Shown in pieces: positions 7,682-16,741 of a stretch of DNA of 64,000 nucleotides. Within the stretch, counting starts at the first letter, position 1. The number at the start of each line of letters is the position of its first letter. The notes beneath the pieces are model-generated. The model saw only the letters and a program-made list of their open reading frames with translations. It was not told the origin of the DNA and did not search any database. The stretch lies in NCBI GenBank assembly GCA_963804425.1, contig CAWDQF010000007.1, forward strand, positions 1,028,457 through 1,092,456, read 5' to 3'. The DNA comes from an uncultured Verrucomicrobiae bacterium (GTDB lineage Bacteria; Verrucomicrobiota; Verrucomicrobiia; Chthoniobacterales; JAFAMB01). The position numbers and the translations under genes were made by a program.

Positions 7682-9865
7682 CTACCGCTTCCTTGCTCTT
7701 GCTCCTCGCTTTGAACTGGCGGGCGAACGATAAGAGACGGGGCGCCGGTTCTTTGGCTCGATCTTGGAAAGGCCTGTACCGTCTTTCAGTTCGTTAATCT
7801 GATCTCGCAGAAGAGCAGCTCGTTCGTATTCCAAATTCGTTGCTGCCATTTGCATCTCTGCTTCCAGCTCTTTGAGCACTTCGGTTAGATCAAGATCTGC
7901 ACCCGATTCCCGGACAATCGATTGTTCCAGATCGCGTCCGCGGAGAATGGTGTGAAGGCTTTCCTGAACGGCGCGTCGCACGCTGGTTGGCGTGATGCCG
8001 TTTGCTTCGTTGTACTCCATTTGTTTCCCCCGCCGGTACTCCGTGATGGCAACGAGCCGCTGAATACTTTCGGTCATGGTATCGGCAAATAGAACGACTT
8101 CGCCATTCACGTGACGGGCGGCCCGGCCCGCCGTCTGGATCAAAGAAGTCTGACTCCGCAAGAACCCCTCTTTATCGGCATCGAGGATGCAGACGAGACT
8201 GACTTCCGGCAAATCTAGCCCTTCCCGCAGCAGATTGATTCCGACCAGCACATCGAATTCACCGGCGCGCAAGGCGCGAAGAATTTCGACCCGTTCAATG
8301 GCATCAATTTCGCTATGCAAGTAGCGCACTCTCAGTCCCACGTCGCGCAAATAGTCGGTGAGATCTTCGGCAGTGCGTTTGGTCAACGTCGTAATCAAAA
8401 TCCGTTCGCTTTTTTCCGTTCTTTGTCGGCAGAATTCGATGGTTTCATCGATCTGATGTTTGAGCGGCCGTAATGTGATGTGTGGATCCAGCAAGCCGGT
8501 CGGCCGGATAATTTGTTGCGCGACCAAACGTGATCCGGGGGTTTGGGCGTCGAGCTGAGCTGAAGCGCGACCGGTTAACATGGGCAAAAGGACTGGCTCA
8601 GTCTCTTCTTGTCCAATCCGGGCTCGGGAATGCGGAATATAAGTCTGATTGCCAGCAGCGCTATTGCGGATCTCGAACGCGGCTGGGGTCGCGCTGATGT
8701 AGAGGATCTGGCCAGTCATCTCCATAAACTCGGGGAAGTTCAGCGGTCGGTTATCCAGCGCGCTGGGAAGACGGAATCCGTATTCGACCAAGGTCAACTT
8801 TCGGGAACGATCTCCCTCATACATCCCGCCAATCTGGGGTATGGTGGCATGCGATTCATCGACTACGAGCAAGAAGTCTCTCGGGAAAAAATCGAGTAAC
8901 GTGTAGGGCCGCGAACCAGGTTCTCGCCCGCTCAGATGGCGCGAATAATTTTCGATCCCACTGCAAAACCCCATTTCCTGCATCATCTCGAGATCGAACT
9001 CGGTCCGCATTTTGATCCGCTGGGCTTCGAGGAATTTGTTCTGGCTCTCAAACCAGGCAATGCGTTCGTCCAACTCGATGCGAATAGCTTGCACAGCGCG
9101 ACGCATCTTTTCGTGCGGGGTAACGAACTGTTTCGCAGGAAAGAAGGTGAAACGATCCAAGGAGCCGATAGCCGAGCCAGTGAGCGGATCGAAGCGAGTG
9201 ATTTGGTCAACTTCGTCACCAAAGAATTCGACTCGGATCGCTTCCTCATCCGCTGTCGCCGGATACACTTCTACGACATCTCCGCGAGCCCGGAACTTTC
9301 CGCGAGCGAGAGCAATATCGTTTCGCTCGTAAAGCATATCGACCAGCTTGGCCAGGAAGAGCTCGCGAGAGATTTGTTGTCCGCGATAGACATTGCAGGA
9401 CATGTTCTCGTAATCCTCCGGTGAACCCAAACCGTAAATGCATGAGACGCTCGCAACGACGATGACGTCCTGACGAGACAGAAGGGAGCTAGTAGCGGAC
9501 AGCCGAAGTCGCTCAATCTCTTCGTTGATGGATGAATCCTTTTCGATGTAGGTGTCCGTCCGCGGGATGTAGGCCTCCGGCTGGTAGTAATCAAAATAGC
9601 TGACGAAATATTCGACCGCATTCCGGGGAAAGAACTGTTTAAATTCGCTGTAGAGTTGGGCTGCTAAAGTCTTGTTGTGGGAAATGACTAGAGTCGGTTT
9701 TCCGAGTTGGGCGATCAAATTTGCCGCCGTAAAGGTTTTTCCTGATCCGGTTACGCCCAGCAACGTTTGGTGCCGGTTACCCGCATGCAGAGAGCGATCG
9801 AGTTGATCAATGGCGTCTTGTTGATCACCTCGTGGCCTATATTCGGAGGAAAGCTGGAAGTTCAC
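7682..9865 (-). CDS. uvrB: Excinuclease ABC subunit B
   Basis: Walker [44 protein letters not shown] and a C-terminal UVR motif ([17 protein letters not shown]). GTG start. Confidence 0.97.
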   Translation of the reverse strand: MNFQLSSEYRPRGDQQDAIDQLDRSLHAGNRHQTLLGVTGSGKTFTAANLIAQLGKPTLVISHNKTLAAQLYSEFKQFFPRNAVEYFVSYFDYYQPEAYIPRTDTYIEKDSSINEEIERLRLSATSSLLSRQDVIVVASVSCIYGLGSPEDYENMSCNVYRGQQISRELFLAKLVDMLYERNDIALARGKFRARGDVVEVYPATADEEAIRVEFFGDEVDQITRFDPLTGSAIGSLDRFTFFPAKQFVTPHEKMRRAVQAIRIELDERIAWFESQNKFLEAQRIKMRTEFDLEMMQEMGFCSGIENYSRHLSGREPGSRPYTLLDFFPRDFLLVVDESHATIPQIGGMYEGDRSRKLTLVEYGFRLPSALDNRPLNFPEFMEMTGQILYISATPAAFEIRNSAAGNQTYIPHSRARIGQEETEPVLLPMLTGRASAQLDAQTPGSRLVAQQIIRPTGLLDPHITLRPLKHQIDETIEFCRQRTEKSERILITTLTKRTAEDLTDYLRDVGLRVRYLHSEIDAIERVEILRALRAGEFDVLVGINLLREGLDLPEVSLVCILDADKEGFLRSQTSLIQTAGRAARHVNGEVVLFADTMTESIQRLVAITEYRRGKQMEYNEANGITPTSVRRAVQESLHTILRGRDLEQSIVRESGADLDLTEVLKELEAEMQMAATNLEYERAALLRDQINELKDGTGLSKIEPKNRRPVSYRSPASSKRGARARKR

Positions 9866-9924
9866 CTACCTGAAAAACTCACGAAAAATGGCGGTTGGCC
9901 ATCTCTTTTGTGAGTTTTTCGGGC

Positions 9925-10728
9925 TTAGTATTCCTTAGTAACCGGATTGCTCAGCACGCCGATCTTTTCGATCTCGACTTCGACCACATCACCAGGCTGC
10001 AAGAATTGCGGCGGTTTCATGGCCATGCCCACTCCGTGAGGAGTTCCCGTAAGAATGACCGACCCCGCTAGCAATGTTGTGCTCCCGCTCAAGAATTCGA
10101 TCAGCGTGGGAATGTCAAAAATAAGGTTGGACGTGCTCGAGTCTTGCCTGGTTTCGCCGTTTACTCGGGTTTGGATTCGCAACTGGCCGGGATCCGGAAT
10201 TTCGTCCTTGGTCAGGAGCACCGGACCGAGTGGCGCGAATGTGTCAAAACTTTTTCCACGACAAAATTGACCACCGCCATATTTCTTTTGCCAGTCCCGG
10301 GCGGTCACATCATCCGCAATTGTGTACCCGAGGACGTAATTCAGAGCCTCTTCGCGGCGGACGTTTTTGCAGTCCTGGCCGATAACCACCGCAAGCTCTC
10401 CCTCGTAATCCACCTCTGCGCTGGCGAGATGAGTCGGAATCGTGATCGGATCACCTGGATGGTTTAAGCTATTGGGAGACTTAATAAAGAGCATTGGCCA
10501 CTCCGGCAAAGCAGATCCCTGTTCCTGTGCGTGATCGCGATAATTGAGTCCGATGCAGAGCAATACACGTGGTGCCACGGGCGCAAGCAGCTTCACCATG
10601 TTCGCCTCGTGGTCCGTTACCTCGAACCCATGGTAAACGTCACCGGCGAGATCAAAGCACCGCCCGCTCCGTTCCTCAGCGGCATGACGGACATTCCCTT
10701 CCTGAGCCAAATAACGGACGATCCGCAT
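9925..10728 (-). CDS. Fumarylacetoacetate hydrolase (FAH) family protein
   Basis: LLCIGLNYRDHA, VDYEGELAVVIG, TARDWQ and ILTGTPHGVG are FAH-fold hallmarks. I start at ATG 10728 (MRIVRY), 14 nt after the stop of the upstream gene. The track's 357-aa version overlaps that gene. Confidence 0.85.
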   Translation of the reverse strand: MRIVRYLAQEGNVRHAAEERSGRCFDLAGDVYHGFEVTDHEANMVKLLAPVAPRVLLCIGLNYRDHAQEQGSALPEWPMLFIKSPNSLNHPGDPITIPTHLASAEVDYEGELAVVIGQDCKNVRREEALNYVLGYTIADDVTARDWQKKYGGGQFCRGKSFDTFAPLGPVLLTKDEIPDPGQLRIQTRVNGETRQDSSTSNLIFDIPTLIEFLSGSTTLLAGSVILTGTPHGVGMAMKPPQFLQPGDVVEVEIEKIGVLSNPVTKEY

Positions 10729-10741
10729 GCGATTGATGTTC

Positions 10742-12547
10742 CTAAGAACCGGCCGCTGCCCACTCCCGCTGTTTTTCTGGGGAAACAGAGGAATCCGAAG
10801 GATCGGGGGCGACAGTTGCTGCTTCCACAGCCAACACCTCACCTGGTGAGGGATTAGCCTTTTCCGGAGCGGTGGGCGTGGCCGGCTGAACCAGCGTCCG
10901 GTCAGCGGCAGGAACGTCGTGCTCGTGCCTTTCTGGTGTGGACCTCTCAAGATTTTGTTTCTGTCCAGTCTCAGCGATCTCTTCGGTCTGTGTTCCAAGA
11001 GTTTTCTCTGTCAAGTGTCCTGTTGCTGTAGCCGGATGTACAGGCTTCTGCTCGGTCCCTCGCGAATCGGTAGTTTCTTCGGAAAGCGCCGGCTCCGCTG
11101 TCAGGCTTGCGAGGGGAGGAGTGTTCTCTACTGGGCGTGCTTCCTTCTGTTCAGGACTCTTGGGAGAAAGTGGCAAATCTAATGTACCGTCAGAAAATTC
11201 AATGACGTGACCGGCCTTAGCTAACCAAAGGAGGTCAGAGGCTAAATTAGTCTTAGCGTGCGTATACTCAGGACTCGATTCTTCGCGGCTTTGATCGCCG
11301 ATCAGCTTGGCCAGAACTTTCTCTGCCAACTGCTTTCGGGTGATCCGTGGGTAGGAGCGCAGTGCAGTCAAAATTGCGGCCAGACCGGAGGAAAGGGACG
11401 CTTGGTTTGGATCAAAAAGCTGCGGGCGTACGGTGGAAATATAGAGGATCCGTTTCTTGTGTTTGAATACGTGGAGACCGGCCTGATTCAGCCCGTGCCG
11501 CAACGCGCCTGCCATTTGAGCGGGGAAGCGATTTTCCCGGTCGCGCGCTTTGCGAATAGCCGCAACCACCGAACGGTCCGGAAGGTGCCGCACATGATCG
11601 CCGTATATTTCAGCGGCCAAACACGGTTTCACCACCCTCTGCAGATAGTTTTGCCGAAAATGTAGTTCTACCGCATTCAAATTTTCGAAGCCTAAAGGAG
11701 GTTCTCCTTCCTTTGTTCGAAAAGTCGTTACCCTGCGCGCTTCTTCCTTCCATTGATTGACAACTGCTGGGTCCGTAGCGATCTCGATAGTTCGCCGATA
11801 TTCTTCGAAGCTCATGCGCCGGCCAAAGCGCTGATCGTACAAAGAACGGATGGTTTTCTGGAACGTGTGATAGTTGGTGGGCCCCAGGATCCGGCCAGAC
11901 AGGGTGCACCGCGCAACCGAGGTAAAGTTTCCTTTGATCGGTTCTTTTTCGATCATTTCGGTTGCATAGAACTCATCGCGCTTCTCGCTGAATGCGATCC
12001 GTTCCAACGCGACGCTTTCCAACGCGATCGGCCCTTGATCCTCCAGCTGATAAAGCATTTTATTGTTATCCAAAGAACGAATGCGCAACCGGTGGCGTTC
12101 AGGACGTTCTAAGAACATCCGGGCCAAACCAAAGAGCGGATAAGCAGTATGGCCTTGCTTAATCTGCTGAATGACCTTGGTAAAAGCGCGTTCCTCCGGC
12201 AAGAAATCCACTTGAACTGCAGCCGGTTCGACCTCTTCGGGCATCGGCCGTGGCTCATCGCGGCGTGGTCGGCCTCGATCTTCCGGGCGCGGCGATCTTT
12301 GGGCTTGGACCCCATCGCGGGGGCGCTGGCCACCGGGTCGCGGTGGTCGGGAACTTGGACTTCGTTGCTCGCGCGGATCCCGTCGTTGCCGGTCGGACGG
12401 GCCACCGCGGCGCGGCCTGGCATCACGCCGTTCGCGCCGGTCCTCACGGACCTCGCCTTCGTAATCGGCGTAGCGATTTTGCTTCTCCGATTCCTTCAGC
12501 CAATCGGGAGTAAAACGAAGATCGAAGGAGAAACTAGGATCCGCCAT
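10742..12547 (-). CDS. Large hypothetical protein: Arg/Pro/Asp/Glu-rich disordered N-terminus, roughly 350-aa globular core, Pro/Glu/Thr/Ser-rich tail
   Basis: The long ORF is the only plausible frame. I prefer ATG 12547 (MADPSFSFDLRFTPDWLKE) over the track's TTG 12598. I do not recognise a family. Confidence 0.6.
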   Translation of the reverse strand: MADPSFSFDLRFTPDWLKESEKQNRYADYEGEVREDRRERRDARPRRGGPSDRQRRDPREQRSPSSRPPRPGGQRPRDGVQAQRSPRPEDRGRPRRDEPRPMPEEVEPAAVQVDFLPEERAFTKVIQQIKQGHTAYPLFGLARMFLERPERHRLRIRSLDNNKMLYQLEDQGPIALESVALERIAFSEKRDEFYATEMIEKEPIKGNFTSVARCTLSGRILGPTNYHTFQKTIRSLYDQRFGRRMSFEEYRRTIEIATDPAVVNQWKEEARRVTTFRTKEGEPPLGFENLNAVELHFRQNYLQRVVKPCLAAEIYGDHVRHLPDRSVVAAIRKARDRENRFPAQMAGALRHGLNQAGLHVFKHKKRILYISTVRPQLFDPNQASLSSGLAAILTALRSYPRITRKQLAEKVLAKLIGDQSREESSPEYTHAKTNLASDLLWLAKAGHVIEFSDGTLDLPLSPKSPEQKEARPVENTPPLASLTAEPALSEETTDSRGTEQKPVHPATATGHLTEKTLGTQTEEIAETGQKQNLERSTPERHEHDVPAADRTLVQPATPTAPEKANPSPGEVLAVEAATVAPDPSDSSVSPEKQREWAAAGS

Positions 12548-13028
12548 GGTGGGGTTACAGGTAACAATTTCGGGCCTAAAAGTAAACTTCCGCGGCAATT
12601 GGCAGGCAAGAGGCGTCTAGAGTGGCTAATCCACTCATCAGGTCAATATAAAAACACAGGAATTGCCATCCATTAAACCGAAACACAGATCTTTGGTTCG
12701 CGAAAATTCGTAGAAATATTTTTGCAATAAGGACCTAGTAACCAACTGAATTATTCCACGAGTTAGCGATCTCGTGATCCGGAGGAAGGGCCGATGCGCT
12801 TAACCGCAACATCTTATGTGCGGTCCGGGTGCAATTTGGTCCTCCGATCAGCGCATGCCGGGGCGCTCCGATTAGGCAAGAGATTGTTGCAGCGGCGAGG
12901 CGATGGCCGGATCGACGCTCCTACCGAAGAATTTTGTTGCTATTTGATGCAATTAATTTAGTTGCCATCACTGGGCAACGTCATTATGGGTAGCCCGTCT
13001 GATTCCAAAACGAGAAGAAACGCGATTT

Positions 13029-13271
13029 ATGTCTGAGAAATCCATAGAAGATAAAGTGAAGGAGATCATCGTCGAACAACTCGGCGTAAATCCGGAACAG
13101 GTTACTCCTAATGCTTCTTTTATCGAGGATCTCGGCGCTGACTCGCTTGATACGGTAGAACTCGTGATGGCCTTCGAGGAAGAGTTTTCGGTCGAAGTTC
13201 CTGACGAAGATGCCGAGAAGCTGCAGACGGTTGGCGACGTAATCCGCTACATCGAAGAGCGAGCGAAGTGA
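13029..13271 (+). CDS. acpP: Acyl carrier protein
   Basis: 80 aa with the phosphopantetheine site [19 protein letters not shown]. Confidence 0.95.
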   Translation: MSEKSIEDKVKEIIVEQLGVNPEQVTPNASFIEDLGADSLDTVELVMAFEEEFSVEVPDEDAEKLQTVGDVIRYIEERAK

Positions 13272-13335
13272 CGGGGACACTCTTAGGCGGTCCCTGGCTC
13301 TCCGGGACGGCCTGGATGCACCGATATTTTTGCAG

Positions 13336-13367
13336 CACGGTGGGTTTCCCCACCGTGTTTTCGTTTT
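13336..13367 (+). terminator. Rho-independent terminator after acpP
   Basis: CACGGTGGG-TTTC-CCCACCGTG (9-bp stem) followed by TTTTCGTTTT. A second hairpin, CCGGGG-TCTC-CCCCGG, lies at 13368..13383. Confidence 0.75.
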
Positions 13368-13486
13368 CCGGGGTCTCCCCCGGTTGATGTCAGGCCGGAA
13401 AGAATGGCTCGAGGCCCTAGACTGCAAAGCGATGAGGACGATATTTGTTTCTCTCGTGAATTAAGCTAATATAGCAAATTTTACCT

Positions 13487-14005
13487 ATGTACTCGGGGAC
13501 CGACATCCAGTACGCGCTCGAAAACACCAAGGTGATCCTTTCGCCCGATCGGCGAATCGAATCTTTTGGGACGACCAGCTTTCGCTTTTATCTGGTCACC
13601 GAATTGATGGATAAAGCGAACGAGATCCGCGTGCGGGCCGGTCGGATCCAGGCTGATCGTCCGAAGCTTCTGACTCCTGATAATCTCGCCAAATTGTTGC
13701 TCGAGGGTTTCGGCGACTCCGCCAATGAATTTGCGCAAATGCTGCAAGCGCGAAACGCAGCGTTCCTGAAATATGGATTTCAGATCCGAAAAGATAACCT
13801 TTCCGAAGACTTGGTCCACGACTCGGTTGAAACCGTGCTCGATCGAGTAGTTAATCAGCTCCCAGAATCGGAACGGAGCGGCAGCGCAATCATTCATGGC
13901 GTAGACGAAGGTTGGGAGATCTGTTTGTTGAAGTTCACGTTCGAACTGGTGGAGCAATCCGCGCAGATCAACTGGTTCGATTTCCGACGCAAAGGGTTAC
14001 TATAA
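13487..14005 (+). CDS. Hypothetical protein (172 aa)
   Basis: ATG start, co-directional with acpP and the downstream genes, and third-codon positions mostly G/C as in neighbouring genes. A nearly full-length antisense ORF (13481..13957) also exists, so the strand choice is not certain. Confidence 0.55.
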   Translation: MYSGTDIQYALENTKVILSPDRRIESFGTTSFRFYLVTELMDKANEIRVRAGRIQADRPKLLTPDNLAKLLLEGFGDSANEFAQMLQARNAAFLKYGFQIRKDNLSEDLVHDSVETVLDRVVNQLPESERSGSAIIHGVDEGWEICLLKFTFELVEQSAQINWFDFRRKGLL

Positions 14006-14054
14006 TTGTAGTGCGCCGGCTTAGTGTCGCTTGGCCAATAGCGCATTCGCCTGA

Positions 14055-14888
14055 ATGAGTGTCCTCTGGAAGATCGGTATCATTGGTTTCCTGGTCGTTC
14101 TGATATTTGGTGGCGGAGCTTTCGCGGCTTATGAGTTATTTTTTAAGAAGCCTGCGAGCAAGGCGTCCCCCGGAAATCAAGCCGTTGTGACACCAACGCC
14201 GGATCCAGGCATTGCTTTACTTAGCCAAGCGCAACAGCTGATGGCAAAAGGGGATAACGACCAGGGCAAGCAACTCTTGATCTCTATTTTTCAGAACTTT
14301 CCGGCGTCGGTCAAAGCGGGTGAGGCCAAGAAAACAATGGGCGATTTGAACATCCGTCAATTTTTCTCCGACGCTAATCCGAATAAAACGAATTACGTGG
14401 TTGCTCGAGGCGATTCTATTGCGAAAATATCTGGGAAAACAAAGGCTGCACCGGAACTCATATTCAAAGCGAACGGGTTGGAAAGTTTGATGCTGCACCC
14501 TGGCCAGATATTAATCATTCCTTCTGGTCAATTCGCTCTTCAGATCAGTCTCGCGAACAAAGACATTACGCTGTTCAATCACGGTGCTTTCTTCAAGTGG
14601 TACAAACCGATTGACTTTCATCTGCCGGCCAATCTGAATCCCGGCCAATATAAGGTCATCGGCAAAGACGCTTGGTCAGCGGGCGCACCCGTGGCTTTTG
14701 GCGGCAGAAATTATCTGGGGAGTAGTCGATGGATCGTACTCAATACGGGCAATATCACGATTTATTCCGAAACTAATCCCTCCCATCCGAACGTCCAAAA
14801 GCCAAAATCTGGCATTGAAATCTCGGCAGACGAAATGGAGGAGTTGTACTCATTAATCGGTAAAGATTCTCCGGTCACCGTTCGATGA
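14055..14888 (+). CDS. Membrane-anchored LysM-domain protein with a degenerate L,D-transpeptidase (YkuD)-like C-terminal domain
   Basis: N-terminal TM helix. LysM block YVVARGDSIAKISGKTKAAPELIFKANGLESLMLHPGQILIIP. The C-terminal ITIYSETNP...KSGIEISADEMEELYSLIGKDSPVTV aligns to the YkuD IHGT...SHGCIRM...ELY pattern but lacks the His and Cys. Confidence 0.7.
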   Translation: MSVLWKIGIIGFLVVLIFGGGAFAAYELFFKKPASKASPGNQAVVTPTPDPGIALLSQAQQLMAKGDNDQGKQLLISIFQNFPASVKAGEAKKTMGDLNIRQFFSDANPNKTNYVVARGDSIAKISGKTKAAPELIFKANGLESLMLHPGQILIIPSGQFALQISLANKDITLFNHGAFFKWYKPIDFHLPANLNPGQYKVIGKDAWSAGAPVAFGGRNYLGSSRWIVLNTGNITIYSETNPSHPNVQKPKSGIEISADEMEELYSLIGKDSPVTVR

Positions 14889-15844
14889 AACCTCACCCCT
14901 TGGAATTCGAAAAGCCGATCGTCGAACTGGAAAAGCAGCTCGACGAGCTTAAAAGACATACGAAGCTACAGGCCATCGACCTGGAACGTGAGGTGCAGGC
15001 GATGGAACGGAAGATCGAGGAAACGCGAAGAGGGATTTACCAGAATCTCACTGCTTGGCAGCGGGTCCTGATTGCTCGACATACGGCTCGTCCGTTCGCC
15101 TTGGATTACTTGAAACTGGCATTCAGCGATTTCATCGAGCTGCATGGAGATCGTTTGTTTGGCGATGACCAAGCGATGCCCGGTGGATTTGCTACCGTCG
15201 GATCGCATCGCTGCGTGGTGGTAGCGCATCAGAAAGGACGAGACACCAAGGAGAACATCCGCCGAAATTTTGGGAGTGCGCATCCTGAAGGGTATCGGAA
15301 GGCGCTCCGACTGATGCGGTTGGCAGCGAAGTTTGAGTTGCCGATCATTACCCTCATAGATACGCCCGGAGCTTATCCAGGGGTGGGTGCGGAGGAGCGG
15401 CATATTTCGGAGTCCATCGCGGTCAACTTGCGCGAGATGATGATGCTGCCGACACCAATCATTGCCGTGGTAATAGGCGAGGGAGGCTCCGGAGGAGCGC
15501 TTGGAATCGGTGTTGCCGACCGCGTGCTGATGCTGGAGAACGCCTACTATTCTGTCATCAGCCCGGAAGGTTGCGCGGCAATCCTTTGGAGGCATCGCAA
15601 CCACGCAGCGGAGGCGGCAGAAGCGCTCAAACTGACGGCCCAAGACTTAAAGGGGCTACAGCTCATTGATGATGTCATTGCGGAACCGCTTGGCGGCGCC
15701 CAATGGGATCATGAGCAGGCAGCGGCCAACCTCAAGACGGCGCTATTGGCCAACCTGGAAGCGTTGTATAAGAAGCCCAAGGATCGCCTAGTTTCCGAGC
15801 GTTACGAGAAATTCCGGAAAATGGGTCAGGTACTGGAAGGGTAA
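14885..15844 (+). CDS. accA: Acetyl-CoA carboxylase carboxyltransferase subunit alpha
   Basis: LEFEKPIVELEKQLDELK, IITLIDTPGAYPGVGAEERH and VIGEGGSGGALG. ATGA overlap with the upstream gene. Confidence 0.93.
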   Translation: MKPHPLEFEKPIVELEKQLDELKRHTKLQAIDLEREVQAMERKIEETRRGIYQNLTAWQRVLIARHTARPFALDYLKLAFSDFIELHGDRLFGDDQAMPGGFATVGSHRCVVVAHQKGRDTKENIRRNFGSAHPEGYRKALRLMRLAAKFELPIITLIDTPGAYPGVGAEERHISESIAVNLREMMMLPTPIIAVVIGEGGSGGALGIGVADRVLMLENAYYSVISPEGCAAILWRHRNHAAEAAEALKLTAQDLKGLQLIDDVIAEPLGGAQWDHEQAAANLKTALLANLEALYKKPKDRLVSERYEKFRKMGQVLEG

Positions 15845-15920
15845 ATGCGGAAGCAAGAAGCAAGAAGATGGATGCCTCAGGTGCGCTGTGATGGAGAGAC
15901 TCTCTGGAATGCGAGCCTTC

Positions 15921-15964
15921 TAGATTCAGGCTTCCTGCTTCCTGCTTCCGGCTTGCGGCTTCTT
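15921..15964 (+). repeat. Heptad-periodic tract (TAGATTC AGGCTTC CTGCTTC CTGCTTC CGGCTTG CGGCTTC) overlapping the panB 3' end
   Basis: Read directly from the sequence. On the minus strand it encodes the last residues of the panB ORF (KKPQAGSRKQEA). Confidence 0.7.
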
Positions 15965-16741
15965 CCCCTTCACCCCCGCGATGAACGCTTTGGCGGCTCG
16001 GATGATTTCTGCACCAACCTGCGCCTGCGGCTGGACATGTTTCGGAATGAACCAGGGGGAGTATCCGACTAGATCATGGAATACTAAGATCTGTCCATCG
16101 CATTCCGAACCGGAGCCGATCCCAATGGTGGGAATTGTAATCGTTCGGGTGATATCGCCCGCAACTTTCGGTCGGACCAGTTCGAGAACGACTGCAAATG
16201 CACCCGCACGTACAACGGCCTTCGCTTCGTCGATCAGAAACTGTTTTTCCGCCTCCGTTTTGCCCTTCAAGTGGTAACCGCCTTCCTCGCGAATGTGCTG
16301 TGGTAGCATTCCGATATGACCCATCACGGCGACGCCGGCATCGGTGATCGCTCGGATTTGTGCGCTCTCCGATTGACCACCTTCCAGTTTTACCGCGTGC
16401 GCTCCGGCGTCAGCTAACTTCCTGGCGTTGGTCACGGCGTCTGCGGCAGTCCGGTAGGTATTAATTGGCAGATCGGCAACGACCAGCGAACGGGAAGCCC
16501 CACGGCTAACTGCCCGAACATGGTGGAGTATATCGTCTAATACGACGCCAGTGGTGTCAGGCAGTCCGAGGACCACCATGCCGAGTGAATCTCCGACCAA
16601 CAGAATTTCCACTCCCGCTTCATCCAGCAGACGCGCCGTCGGATAATCATAGGCGGTGATGGCCGCAACACCTTGGCCTTTTGCCTGGCGAACGATCTCG
16701 GGCGTTATTCTATCCACATCAATACTCCAGCTCTGACTCAA
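15926..16741 (-). CDS. panB: 3-methyl-2-oxobutanoate hydroxymethyltransferase
   Basis: ITAYDYPTARLLDEAGVEILLVGDSLGMVVLG and VKLEGG are typical of PanB. Confidence 0.92.
   Translation of the reverse strand: MSQSWSIDVDRITPEIVRQAKGQGVAAITAYDYPTARLLDEAGVEILLVGDSLGMVVLGLPDTTGVVLDDILHHVRAVSRGASRSLVVADLPINTYRTAADAVTNARKLADAGAHAVKLEGGQSESAQIRAITDAGVAVMGHIGMLPQHIREEGGYHLKGKTEAEKQFLIDEAKAVVRAGAFAVVLELVRPKVAGDITRTITIPTIGIGSGSECDGQILVFHDLVGYSPWFIPKHVQPQAQVGAEIIRAAKAFIAGVKGKKPQAGSRKQEA

Noticed and set aside
9925-10998. The 357-aa version of the FAH gene from the ORF track, and similar long N-terminal extensions at 2561, 6386, 19839, 21159, 46955, 47070 and 51576.
   Set aside because: The extensions overlap the neighbouring gene or repeat DNA, start at TTG/GTG, and translate to low-complexity sequence. 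Internal ATGs coincide with the start of family homology.
12775-12800. SRP-RNA-like motif TCCGGAGGAAGGGCC, compared with 4.5S RNA TCCGGAAGGAAGCAGCC.
   Set aside because: The GNRA tetraloop would be reduced to a triloop and the conserved AGCAGC 3' side is missing. The rest of the region does not fold into the long SRP helix.
13481-13957. 158-aa minus-strand ORF almost co-extensive with plus-strand ORF 13487..14005.
   Set aside because: The plus-strand ORF is co-directional with acpP and the downstream operon, starts with ATG, and has the G/C-rich third positions of neighbouring genes. The minus ORF would be convergent on the acpP terminator. I kept it only as a caveat.
14966-15643. 225-aa minus-strand ORF.
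   Set aside because: It is entirely antisense to accA, which has unmistakable family motifs. No family signal is present.
15845-16072. 75-aa plus-strand ORF after accA.
   Set aside because: It overlaps the heptad tract and the 3' end of panB on the other strand. Its composition is not coding-like.
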